This document shows positions 47,937 through 56,833 of a stretch of 64,000 nucleotides of DNA, piece by piece (positions within the stretch are counted from its first letter, which is position 1; each line of letters starts with the position of its first letter). The stretch spans positions 3,103 to 67,102 of the IMG/VR virus record IMGVR_UViG_3300036761_001387; one strand, written 5' to 3'. This DNA is from a virus. The position numbers and the translations under genes are program-made. The notes under the pieces were generated by a model, which had not been told where the DNA came from, ran no database searches, and saw only the letters and a program-made list of their open reading frames with translations.

Positions 47937-48686
47937 ATGACACTCAGCACTCAGGGCTTCCCGTATGTCGGAGGCACCACGGCGTGGGAATACGACGACG
48001 TCGCCGGTGACCACGTCCCGGTCTTCGGGCCAGCGACCCCGGCCGACCTCCTCCGCGGCGTCGGAAGGCAGCTCACTGGCGGCCTCGCCTCGCGCGCTCT
48101 CGTGAACCAGCTCCTCCCGCCGGGCATCCTCTTCGTTCAGCCCGCCAACGGGACAGAGACGAACACCTTCACGACGCGCGTCGCGATCAACAACGCCGCA
48201 CTTCTCAAGGGCTTCAGCGACGCCTCCTTCGGCGTGGCCGCTGTCGCCAACACCATCCCGGCTGGCGCGCTCAACCTCGTCGGCCGCACGATGCGGATCA
48301 AGGCGAGCGGAACGCTGGGTACGACCGGCACCCCGAACCTCACGATCGACGTGGCCCTCGGCTCGGCCGGTGCCAGCGTCGTCGCCACGACGGGCGTTCT
48401 GGCCCTCGCGGCCGTCACGACCCCGGCTCCGTGGACGATGGACGTCATCGCGACGGTTCAGGTCGCGGGCTCCTCGGGCACGATCATCTCGGAGGGGCTG
48501 TTCAGCTACTCCACCACCTCCTCGGTCGTCGTCCTGAACTGGACGATGGGCAACACGACCCGCGGCACCCCGGTGACCCTCGACCTCACGGCGGCCCAGC
48601 TCTTCACGCTGAACGCCACCTGCGGCACGAGCAACGCGCTGAACCGCATCATCTGCAACACCTGCCTCGTCGAGCTTCTCTACTGA
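47937..48686 (+). CDS. Virion protein, paralog pair 2b
   Basis: RG.GRQ...RALVNQ..PPGI...ETNTFT.R...PAGALN..GRT.R...SNALNR...VE.LY shared with 2a. Confidence 0.75.
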   Translation: MTLSTQGFPYVGGTTAWEYDDVAGDHVPVFGPATPADLLRGVGRQLTGGLASRALVNQLLPPGILFVQPANGTETNTFTTRVAINNAALLKGFSDASFGVAAVANTIPAGALNLVGRTMRIKASGTLGTTGTPNLTIDVALGSAGASVVATTGVLALAAVTTPAPWTMDVIATVQVAGSSGTIISEGLFSYSTTSSVVVLNWTMGNTTRGTPVTLDLTAAQLFTLNATCGTSNALNRIICNTCLVELLY

Positions 48687-48697
48687 TCGGAGGAACC

Positions 48698-49060
48698 ATG
48701 AAGCGGCGCATCATCGCCGCGGCAGTCGTGATCGCCGCCTCCGCGTTCTTCGCGGGGGCGGCATCCGCCGCGGATACCATCTGGTCAGCCCAGACGGCAG
48801 CCTCCGGGACCGGGGCCGAGATCCCCGTGGTGGCTTACCGCGTTCTGAACGTGATGGCCTGCGGCACTGGCTTTTCCGGGACCGTCACGATCAACCAAGG
48901 CCCCGTCACCGGCAAGCTCACCCCGACGAAAGTCATCACCCTGACCACGAACTCCGACTGCACTTCGTACTACACCCTGAACCCGTCGTCGCTCATCAGG
49001 ATCGACTTCACGCTCACGGGCGGGACGCTCGCTGGCGTCTATCTTGAGTACTTCAAGTGA
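48698..49060 (+). CDS. Signal-peptide-bearing beta protein
   Basis: GGAGG RBS; MKRRIIAAAVVIAASAFFAGAASA|ADT. Confidence 0.7.
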   Translation: MKRRIIAAAVVIAASAFFAGAASAADTIWSAQTAASGTGAEIPVVAYRVLNVMACGTGFSGTVTINQGPVTGKLTPTKVITLTTNSDCTSYYTLNPSSLIRIDFTLTGGTLAGVYLEYFK

Positions 49061-49938
49061 GGGCGCTGAAACTCGCCCTCGCTGCGCTGCTGTTTGCAGC
49101 GCCGTCGGTACTCGGGCAGGTCGTCCAGTACGCGCCGAAGCCCTGCAAGATGGACGGAACGGACTGCGCGCCGGAGCGGTTGCTGCTCGGCAACGGCACG
49201 GCGGCGGCGCCGAGCTATTCGTTCGCGGCCGACCCCAGCACGGGCTTCTACAGCCTCGGCTCGGGGTACTCGGCGTACGCCGCGAGCGGCACCGGGTACT
49301 TCCGGCTCGGGCCGGACGTGTTCCAGCTCAAGAGCACGAGCGCGTTCGCGTGGTCGTCCGGGGCCATCGCTGCAGCCTCCGACCTCGGCCTCGCCCGCGC
49401 TGCCGCCGGCTGGGTGAAGGTCACGGACGGCGGAGTCGGCTACGGCAACGTCCTGATCGGCACAGGCGTCAAGATCAACGGGCAGCTCCTGACCTCGGGC
49501 ACCATGACGCCCATCGTGACGGGCGAGGCGAGAAAGGTCTGGAACCGTTACGACTGGGACAACGCGATGGTCGTCGCCCTCGGCGCCGTCGGGGCCGGCG
49601 ACATCGTGGCCGCCACCCTCCCCGCCAAAACCGTCGTCTCGAATATGTACGTCGTGATCACGGCGCCGGACACGTCGGCGAACGCGCTGACCGTGGCCTG
49701 TGGACGCACGAGCGCACTCTACATCGATTACATCGTGGCCTCGGACGCGAAGGCCGCGGCCGGCACGGTTTACGGCAACGACTTGGCGGAACGCGGGACG
49801 AACCTGACAGGGTATGACCTCCCGAACTTCAGCGGCACGACCACCCTGAGCTGCCATTTCATCAAGAGCATCACGACCCTCGACACCGTGACGGGCTCGA
49901 CGGGCAGCGTCTACATCGAAACGAGCATATTGCCATGA
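49057..49938 (+). CDS. Signal-peptide-bearing fibre-like protein
   Basis: MRALKLALAALLFAAPSVLG|Q; GTAAAPSYSFAADPSTGFY fibre motif. Confidence 0.7.
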   Translation: MRALKLALAALLFAAPSVLGQVVQYAPKPCKMDGTDCAPERLLLGNGTAAAPSYSFAADPSTGFYSLGSGYSAYAASGTGYFRLGPDVFQLKSTSAFAWSSGAIAAASDLGLARAAAGWVKVTDGGVGYGNVLIGTGVKINGQLLTSGTMTPIVTGEARKVWNRYDWDNAMVVALGAVGAGDIVAATLPAKTVVSNMYVVITAPDTSANALTVACGRTSALYIDYIVASDAKAAAGTVYGNDLAERGTNLTGYDLPNFSGTTTLSCHFIKSITTLDTVTGSTGSVYIETSILP

Positions 49939-50243
49939 ACGGCCGCCGCATTCTCCTCTCCCTCGGCCTCGTCGCCGTGATCGTCGGCTCGGTCGGGTGC
50001 CACACGCAGGCCTACCGAGCGCACACGGCGATGAACGCACATCTTTATAGAGAAGCGCGTTTCGAGGAGGCCTGCCTGCCTTACTCAACGAAGGCCTTCT
50101 GCACGCACGAAACAAAACTTCGCCTTGATGCAATGAGACGGCACGCGCAGGAATTAGCGAAAGCGCTCACGCTCGGAGGATCCGCAAAACTACAGCTTGA
50201 ATTGATTGAAGAGGATGCGAAAGGGCTGGCAGATGTTAAGTAA
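49935..50243 (+). CDS. Lipoprotein (spanin-like candidate)
   Basis: Hydrophobic leader ending SVGC; at the start of the membrane-protein cluster. Confidence 0.55.
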   Translation: MNGRRILLSLGLVAVIVGSVGCHTQAYRAHTAMNAHLYREARFEEACLPYSTKAFCTHETKLRLDAMRRHAQELAKALTLGGSAKLQLELIEEDAKGLADVK

Positions 50244-50805
50244 AGCAGGGCCAAGAGTGAGGATCTGCGTGAAATGTGGTACGCCGAAAGTCCTCTCGGA
50301 CTTCCCCAAGTACTCGCGTCGTGAAGACGGCCTCCATACGTCCTGTCGGCTCTGTCTCAATGCGTACGCTCGGGGGCAAACTAAGGCCCAGCTCGTGAAG
50401 GACCGCGAAGCGGTGAGGGCGAAACGCCTAGAGTACCAGCGTCGGTATCGCACACGGCACCCAGAAAAGGTTGCGGAGTTTAACGAACGGGCGCGTCCCC
50501 GGTTAGAGAAGATGCGTGCTGCTGGTTGGATGGCTAACCACAATCTGGTCCGCGACCGCGGGCTTACCCTCTCCGACAAAAAGTTATTGATGAACATAGC
50601 GCACGAGACGTGCCAGATTTGCGGGCGCGGGCTGCAGTCGGTGGCCGTCGCCTGTGTCGACCACAATCACGAGTCCGGGAACATCCGCGGGGTTCTCTGC
50701 CATAACTGTAATCTTGGCTTGGGTAATTTCCGTGATTCAGTTCGAGCACTCCACGCTGCCGCCCGATATCTCGAAACCGTGCCCGGCCAAGAGGTCTTCG
50801 TATGA
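50233..50805 (+). CDS. Endonuclease VII-like HNH homing endonuclease
   Basis: CVKC/CRLC...CQICG...VDHNH...IRGVLCHNCNLGLG. Confidence 0.85.
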   Translation: MLSKAGPRVRICVKCGTPKVLSDFPKYSRREDGLHTSCRLCLNAYARGQTKAQLVKDREAVRAKRLEYQRRYRTRHPEKVAEFNERARPRLEKMRAAGWMANHNLVRDRGLTLSDKKLLMNIAHETCQICGRGLQSVAVACVDHNHESGNIRGVLCHNCNLGLGNFRDSVRALHAAARYLETVPGQEVFV

Positions 50806-50987
50806 GCGCTCTACCCGCCCCGACCTCCTCACTGGCGGCCGTCATGGCCGCCGTGGTCGAGGTCTCGAAACTGGCGACCCTCTTGATCGAGAAGAACAAC
50901 GCGCTCCTCGCCGCCGTCATCACTCACGCCGACGCGCTGAAGATCGCGCCCGAAGCGGGGCCTCCACCGCCCCAGAAAGCAGGATGA
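50802..50987 (+). CDS. Small hydrophobic protein
   Basis: ATGA coupling at both ends. Confidence 0.55.
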   Translation: MSALPAPTSSLAAVMAAVVEVSKLATLLIEKNNALLAAVITHADALKIAPEAGPPPPQKAG

Positions 50988-51196
50988 CCATGCCCCTCAC
51001 GCTTCCGGAAGCCCTCGGATTCGTCCCGAAAGTCATCGGCAGCATCGAGAAGACGATCGACTCGATCAAGGAAATCAACCAGCTCCCGACGAAGAACTTC
51101 AAGTCCGTCGGCGGGAAGCTCGGCATCGTCGAAGGCTCAGTGCTCTACGGTCTGCTCGACATCACGGACGACATCCTTGCCGCCGCCCGCAGTTAA
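50984..51196 (+). CDS. Small hypothetical protein
   Basis: ATGA coupling. Confidence 0.55.
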   Translation: MTMPLTLPEALGFVPKVIGSIEKTIDSIKEINQLPTKNFKSVGGKLGIVEGSVLYGLLDITDDILAAARS

Positions 51197-51197
51197 G

Positions 51198-51749
51198 ATG
51201 ACCACCGGATCCGTCGCGAGCCCAATGTCGATGCGAGCGGCCGAAACGCGCCGCCGCTGGAACGCCGCGAATGCGGACAAGATCACCGCCTACGCAAAGA
51301 AGTATTCAGAAACCAACCGGGAGAAGATCCGGGAGCGTATGAAGGCGTGGGCGGCGGCCCATCCGGAACAGATCCGCGCGTCCTACGAGAAATACCGCTC
51401 CATTCACAAAGACCGGATACTGGAGCGGGCACGGCTCCGACACGACGCGAATCCGGGGCTGCGGCAAGAAAAACATCGCCGAGTCACATACGGGATGTCG
51501 GCTGGGGAGTATGACCGCCTACTGGCGGCGCAGGACGGAGCGTGCGCCATTTGCAACAAGCCCCCAGCGGGGCGGAGGCTTGAGGTCGATCACGACCATC
51601 GGACTCTGGAAATTCGCGGCCTCCTCTGTCGTGGCTGCAACGTCATGGTCGGATTAGCCGATGACGACATAGAAGTTCTCGACACGGCCATCGCTTATCT
51701 CGCTCGGTCGCGGCGGCCAAGGCTCGTCCTTGCGGCGGCTAAGACATGA
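51198..51749 (+). CDS. Endonuclease VII-like HNH homing endonuclease
   Basis: YGMS..EY..LL..QDGACAIC...VDHDH...IRGLLCRGCN. Confidence 0.88.
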   Translation: MTTGSVASPMSMRAAETRRRWNAANADKITAYAKKYSETNREKIRERMKAWAAAHPEQIRASYEKYRSIHKDRILERARLRHDANPGLRQEKHRRVTYGMSAGEYDRLLAAQDGACAICNKPPAGRRLEVDHDHRTLEIRGLLCRGCNVMVGLADDDIEVLDTAIAYLARSRRPRLVLAAAKT

Positions 51750-51907
51750 TCGAAGCACTCGTCGCCCTGCTGCTCTCCGTTCTCTGCATCGCCGTCTTCG
51801 GCGCTCCGTCGTGGGCGCTGACGATGGCGAAGTTCGGGGCACTCGGCTTCATCTTTTGGGTGCTGATTCTCGTCATCGAATGGATCGTCGGGAAGCTGCG
51901 CCAGTGA
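51746..51907 (+). CDS. 53-aa two-TM protein (holin-like); below the ORF track cutoff
   Basis: MIEALVALLLSVLCIAVFG...LGFIFWVLILVIEWIVGKLRQ; coupled at both ends. Confidence 0.6.
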   Translation: MIEALVALLLSVLCIAVFGAPSWALTMAKFGALGFIFWVLILVIEWIVGKLRQ

Positions 51908-52173
51908 TTGACTTCGGCGAGAAGATCGCGAACTGGGCGGTCACGACGATCTGTAATCATCCGGCATTCGTCGGGTGGTTCCTCCTCGTTTTCACGCTGG
52001 CGACATTGGTCAACACGGGAATCAAGATCGCTTGGACATACTCCGAAATGCCGCGCTGGGCGAAGTTCGTGCTGGGTTTCACGATGCCGCTCGCGCTGAA
52101 TTTCTACTGGCTCGGCAAGAAGATTGGTCTACAACAGCCGACCGATCCGCCGGCCAACGGAGGCAAACCATAA
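51904..52173 (+). CDS. Putative holin (two TM)
   Basis: GTGA coupling; two hydrophobic helices. Confidence 0.6.
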   Translation: MIDFGEKIANWAVTTICNHPAFVGWFLLVFTLATLVNTGIKIAWTYSEMPRWAKFVLGFTMPLALNFYWLGKKIGLQQPTDPPANGGKP

Positions 52174-52520
52174 TGAACGTCGCCGCTGTGGAGCGTCGGG
52201 CTCATCCAGAAGGCACGTCCTATCACTTCACAGCGGTACAGTTCTGGGTAACACTGCTGGCGCTCGTGGCCGTGATGGGTCTGACGCCGTTCGGCATTGC
52301 GAAGTGGGTCGTCACACAGGCGATCAAGGACCAAATCGCCGACCACGACAAAGACGCTGATTCCCACATGAAGACGCTGATCAAGCTGAATGAGCAGCGC
52401 GGGGAGATGCTCAGGACCATCGACCGGATCGATACGAGGCTCGATGGCATCGAGAAGATGTTGAGGAGCATCGCTGCAGACGGCGGATTCGACGCGTACC
52501 CAAACGGGAGAAAGAAGTAA
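52173..52520 (+). CDS. TM plus coiled-coil lysis-cluster protein
   Basis: TAATG coupling; FWVTLLALVAVMGL...IDRIDTRLDGIEKML. Confidence 0.6.
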   Translation: MNVAAVERRAHPEGTSYHFTAVQFWVTLLALVAVMGLTPFGIAKWVVTQAIKDQIADHDKDADSHMKTLIKLNEQRGEMLRTIDRIDTRLDGIEKMLRSIAADGGFDAYPNGRKK

Positions 52521-52521
52521 C

Positions 52522-52914
52522 GTGTACCCGACCATCGCCTTTCTCGCCCTCGCGATAGTCGTCTTCTTCCATGACCGGAAGGTTATGAAAGAGTTCGAGA
52601 CCACGAACAAGCGGATCGACGGTCTCTACGGGGGCCTCGCGCGTCTTGGCGAGCGGCTGGCCGGCATCGAGGCCTTCGCGGACTCGGCGCGGAACAACCT
52701 CCTCCGGGTCGACGGCACGCTGCCGGAGATCTCGATCCAGCTCCGTCGGCTCTCCGAAAACATCGAGGCAGACAGGAAGGAACGCACCGAGCCGCTCCCG
52801 GATAGCTGGAAAGCGGGCGAGGTGGCGCTCGGGCGGATCGCGCGAGCGAAGAAAGAGTTCGCGGATCTCGAGGAAAACTCCTACCAAGAAATGCTCGCGA
52901 AGGCGAATAAATGA
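52522..52914 (+). CDS. N-anchored coiled-coil protein
   Basis: N-terminal TM, immediately before the portal. Confidence 0.6.
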   Translation: MYPTIAFLALAIVVFFHDRKVMKEFETTNKRIDGLYGGLARLGERLAGIEAFADSARNNLLRVDGTLPEISIQLRRLSENIEADRKERTEPLPDSWKAGEVALGRIARAKKEFADLEENSYQEMLAKANK

Positions 52915-55337
52915 AACAGCCCGAGATGGAACTCCCGCCCGTCGACGAAACGCCGCTCGACCAGAAGCCGCCCACGCAGATCGCGGACGGCGGCAAGGAC
53001 TACGGCGATGGGATGCGGAACCTTCCGGACGAGATCAAGGAAGCCCTGCGGCAGCTTCGTCAGGTCTTCCAAGGCCAGTCGGACCTGAACCGGTCGCGCC
53101 GCGAATACGTCAAGAAAGTCCTGAAGCTCCACGAGTTCTTCCGCGGCAACCATTACGGATGGTGGGACTGGCGGATCGGCTCGTGGCGCACCGGCGCGAC
53201 CGTCTCCGGCGGCCAGCAGTCGGCCACGGCTCCCGTCACGTCGCAGGCCCTCTATGTGATGAACTTCTTTCAGGGCTTCTGCCTCTCGATCATCGGCCTC
53301 CTGATCGGCCAGAAGCTCACGCAGAAGTTCTTCCCCGAGGACCCGGGCCTGCCCGAGGACATCAACGCGGCGCAGAAGGCCGACCTCGTGATGCGGATCT
53401 TCGAGAAGAACGAGTCGCCCCACCAGCAGCTCGTCCGGACGATCTACGGGCTCTGCATCGGCGGCACGATCGGGTCCTACATCCGGACGGTCGTGGACGG
53501 CGAGCGCTACGGCTATTTCGACCAGCCGGTCTACGAGTACAAGCCGGTCCCGACGGGCCCGGCGCGCTTCAAGTGCACGATCTGCGGCGACGACCTGAAC
53601 ATGAAGCCCGGCCAGTGCGAGGGGTGCGGCGCCCCGCTCCCGAGCGCGCCGAACGTCCCGGCCCCAACGGCCATGCAGAGCGTCCAGACCGGCACGAAGC
53701 GCGTCCCCCGTGGCCGCACGGTCAGGACTGTCGTCGACGGCCTCGAGCTGAAGCTCCCCGCGGACGCGCAGGATCAGTCGGAATTCACGCACATCGTCCG
53801 CGACCGCGAGGTCGACAAGTCCATCCCGCGCGCGACCTACCCGGAGGTCGCCAACGAGATCATCGGGTCCTCGACATCGAACGACATCGAGGGCACGACC
53901 GAGTTCGAGCGCCGCATACGCCGTCAGGCGAATCAGGGCACGACGACCGAGAACCGGCCGCTGATCACGGACCAGCGGGACCGGATCACCTTCTCCGAGT
54001 GCTGGTTCCGGAAGAAGGCCTTCTACCACGTCGACGACGACAAGACCCGCGAGCAGCTCATCCAGCTCTTCCCCGAGGGCGTCTACGTCGCCTTTGCGAA
54101 CGACGTCTTCTGCGAGGCGCGGCCCGAGAACATGGACGACCACTGGCGGATCTGCCACGCCATGCCCGGCCGCGGCCAGATCCGCGAGCCGATCATGGGC
54201 GCCCTCGTCCCGATGCAGGAGATCGCCAACGACCTGATGAACATCATCCGGGACATCATCGAGTACACCCTGCCGGTCACCTTCGTGAACCAGCGGGTCC
54301 TCGACGTCCGGAAGTGGGCGCAGTCGCAGGCGATGGCCGGCGCCACCTACAACGTGAACGACACCGGCCGCCCGGTCTCGGAAGCCTTCTTCCAGACCAT
54401 GCCGGGCCGCCTCCCGGAATTCGCCACGACCTTCCTGACCCAGATCCGGACGGAGATCGCCCAGTTCCTGACGGGCGCCTTCCCGGCCGCGTACGGCGGC
54501 GGCACGCCCGGGAACAACACGGCTCAGGGCATCTCGATCGAGCGCCAGTCGGCCCTCGGCCGGATCAACCTCTTCCTTCAGGCCATCCGCGAGCACTACG
54601 CCGAGTGCGCGCCCCTCATCGTCGAGGACTTCAAGAAGAACGCGATCGAGCCGATGAGCTACGTCGACGAGATCTCGGGCGGCGAGCTGCAGCTCACGAC
54701 GGTCACCCCGGACGACTTTGAGGTCGGGAACTTCAGGACGAAGGCCGAGGTCGTCGAGGAATACCCGACGACGTGGGCGCAGCGCCAGCAGCAGCTCTTC
54801 CAGTTCATGGCGAGCCCGCTCTTCGGCGGCTGGATCGCGATGCTGAAGAACCTCACGAAGGTCAAGACGACGCTCGGGACGGACCTCACGGCCCCGGGCG
54901 AGGACGCCTACAAGCGGGCGTTCCAGATGATCACGCAGCTTCTGGGGGAGACCCCGCAGATTGGACCGCCCATGCCGGCGCCGCCCGACCCGATGACGGG
55001 CCTGCCGAACATCGACCCCACCACGGGCCAGCCGATCATGCTGCCCGGACAGCCGATGTCGTCGATCCGGCCGCTGCCTCTCGACGACAACGCCACGATC
55101 CTTCAGGCCTGCGTCGACTTCTACCTCGACGACCGCGGAGGCAAGGCGTCGCAGAAGGGCGGCCCCGGCTGGGAGAACTTCCTGCTCTTCGTCAGGGAGA
55201 GGCAGGCGCTCGTTGCCCCGCCTCCCCCCATGCCCGGTCAACCACCGGCCCCGGGCGGGCCGCCGAAGCTCGGCGCCGCTCCGGAGCCACCGACTGCCCC
55301 AACGGAAACCCCGCAGGAAACGGGGATGGTTCAGTAG
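52911..55337 (+). CDS. Portal protein (P22-like) with zinc-ribbon insertion
   Basis: 808 aa, precedes scaffold and capsid; LVPMQEIAN...TAQGI..ERQSALGRI; CTIC...CEGC insert. Confidence 0.85.
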   Translation: MKQPEMELPPVDETPLDQKPPTQIADGGKDYGDGMRNLPDEIKEALRQLRQVFQGQSDLNRSRREYVKKVLKLHEFFRGNHYGWWDWRIGSWRTGATVSGGQQSATAPVTSQALYVMNFFQGFCLSIIGLLIGQKLTQKFFPEDPGLPEDINAAQKADLVMRIFEKNESPHQQLVRTIYGLCIGGTIGSYIRTVVDGERYGYFDQPVYEYKPVPTGPARFKCTICGDDLNMKPGQCEGCGAPLPSAPNVPAPTAMQSVQTGTKRVPRGRTVRTVVDGLELKLPADAQDQSEFTHIVRDREVDKSIPRATYPEVANEIIGSSTSNDIEGTTEFERRIRRQANQGTTTENRPLITDQRDRITFSECWFRKKAFYHVDDDKTREQLIQLFPEGVYVAFANDVFCEARPENMDDHWRICHAMPGRGQIREPIMGALVPMQEIANDLMNIIRDIIEYTLPVTFVNQRVLDVRKWAQSQAMAGATYNVNDTGRPVSEAFFQTMPGRLPEFATTFLTQIRTEIAQFLTGAFPAAYGGGTPGNNTAQGISIERQSALGRINLFLQAIREHYAECAPLIVEDFKKNAIEPMSYVDEISGGELQLTTVTPDDFEVGNFRTKAEVVEEYPTTWAQRQQQLFQFMASPLFGGWIAMLKNLTKVKTTLGTDLTAPGEDAYKRAFQMITQLLGETPQIGPPMPAPPDPMTGLPNIDPTTGQPIMLPGQPMSSIRPLPLDDNATILQACVDFYLDDRGGKASQKGGPGWENFLLFVRERQALVAPPPPMPGQPPAPGGPPKLGAAPEPPTAPTETPQETGMVQ

Positions 55338-55392
55338 CTGGGCCGGGGTCGGCACCCCGTAATAAACGGACGCCCAGCGGAAGGAGACACGG

Positions 55393-56808
55393 ATGGAAAC
55401 CACAGGGACGACAGGAACCCCGGCACCGAGCGCCCCCGCCCCGGCGGCGCCAGCTCCGGCCGTATCAGAGAAACCATCACCGAAAACGGCGATCCGGGAC
55501 ATGGTCCCCAAGGACCGCGCCCGCGCCATCTTCGCTTCCCTTGATGGAGCTTCGACGACCGAAGGTCCGAAATCCCCGGAGCCCGAGAAGACCGAGCCCT
55601 CGAGGACGGGACTGCCCGAGAGAGCCGCGGAGACTTCAGAAAGCGCCGGAGACGAGCCCGCCGCTGCCCCCGGACAGACCGAGGAGCAGCTCCCCGAGAA
55701 CATTCGCAAGGCCCTGCAAGAGATCGCGGATCCGGCCCTCCGTAAGCGGCTGTCAGACGATCACTTCAGGCTGAAGCGGTGGGACAAGCTCGGGAGCCGG
55801 CTCGGGATGAAGATGCCCGATCTCGAAGGCTACATTATGAAGGCCGTGAAGATGGCCCCCAGCGCTGATGTGCTCGATCACATCAGCGTGACGGCAAGAG
55901 TCGCCAACCAGCTCGTGTCGGACTTCAACACGGGGACTCCCGAGGCGATGGAGAAGTTCGCCGCGGCGCAGTTCAAGATCAACCCCCAGTCCTTCGTGAA
56001 CTACGTCGGGTTCCTGCTGGGGAAGTACGACACCATGTACAACGGCCTGCGGAACATCGATCCGCCTCTGGCCCGCACGCTCCAGTCCAGCGTCGACAGT
56101 CTCGCCGATTCCCGCGTCAAGAATCTCGTCACGAACCTGCGACGGACGGCGGAAGCCGAAACGAAGCAGGGGCGCGAATCGGTTCTCGGCGAGGTCGCGG
56201 ACGAGCTGGAGAGGTTTCTGGGCTGGGACAAGAAGGTTGCGGAGCCCGAGAAGCCATCCGCGCCCGATCCGCGCGACGTGGAACTGGCAAAGCTGAAGGC
56301 CGAGCGCGAAGCGCAGACGCAGGGTCGGCAGCGGGCGATGGTCAACAGCGTCTACGACATCGCGGGCCACCGGCTCGCGAGCGACGTGAACGACTACGTC
56401 ACGAAGCTGACGACCGGCTATCCGCCGAAGGCCGTCGAGAAGATCAAAGCGCAGATCGAGGAGGCGCTCTACAACGACTTGCTCACGGGAAACAAGCACA
56501 TCCGTGACAGGGCGATTTCGATTCATCAGGCCGGTCGGTACGACAAGAACCACCATGACCGGCTGGTGAACTTCTACATCGAGCAGGGCCAGAAACTTCT
56601 CCCGCTTCTGGGGGAATCGATCATCAACGAATGGAAAGAGACGATCGGCCCTGTCAGAACACGAGATGCGGCACGCATCGAGCAGCACGAAAAGCGGCGG
56701 GACGTGGGCGCGGCTGGCGCTCCGCCGAAACCGAAGATCGAACCCGCACCTTCGGGGCGCGATCCGAAGAAGCTTTTCGACTATCTCGACCGCGTAGCCG
56801 AGCAGTGA
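55393..56808 (+). CDS. Capsid scaffolding protein
   Basis: Disordered N-terminus, helical body, between portal and capsid; AAGGAG RBS. Confidence 0.75.
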   Translation: METTGTTGTPAPSAPAPAAPAPAVSEKPSPKTAIRDMVPKDRARAIFASLDGASTTEGPKSPEPEKTEPSRTGLPERAAETSESAGDEPAAAPGQTEEQLPENIRKALQEIADPALRKRLSDDHFRLKRWDKLGSRLGMKMPDLEGYIMKAVKMAPSADVLDHISVTARVANQLVSDFNTGTPEAMEKFAAAQFKINPQSFVNYVGFLLGKYDTMYNGLRNIDPPLARTLQSSVDSLADSRVKNLVTNLRRTAEAETKQGRESVLGEVADELERFLGWDKKVAEPEKPSAPDPRDVELAKLKAEREAQTQGRQRAMVNSVYDIAGHRLASDVNDYVTKLTTGYPPKAVEKIKAQIEEALYNDLLTGNKHIRDRAISIHQAGRYDKNHHDRLVNFYIEQGQKLLPLLGESIINEWKETIGPVRTRDAARIEQHEKRRDVGAAGAPPKPKIEPAPSGRDPKKLFDYLDRVAEQ

Positions 56809-56833
56809 CGGGAGTCACTGAAGGAGCATTCCA

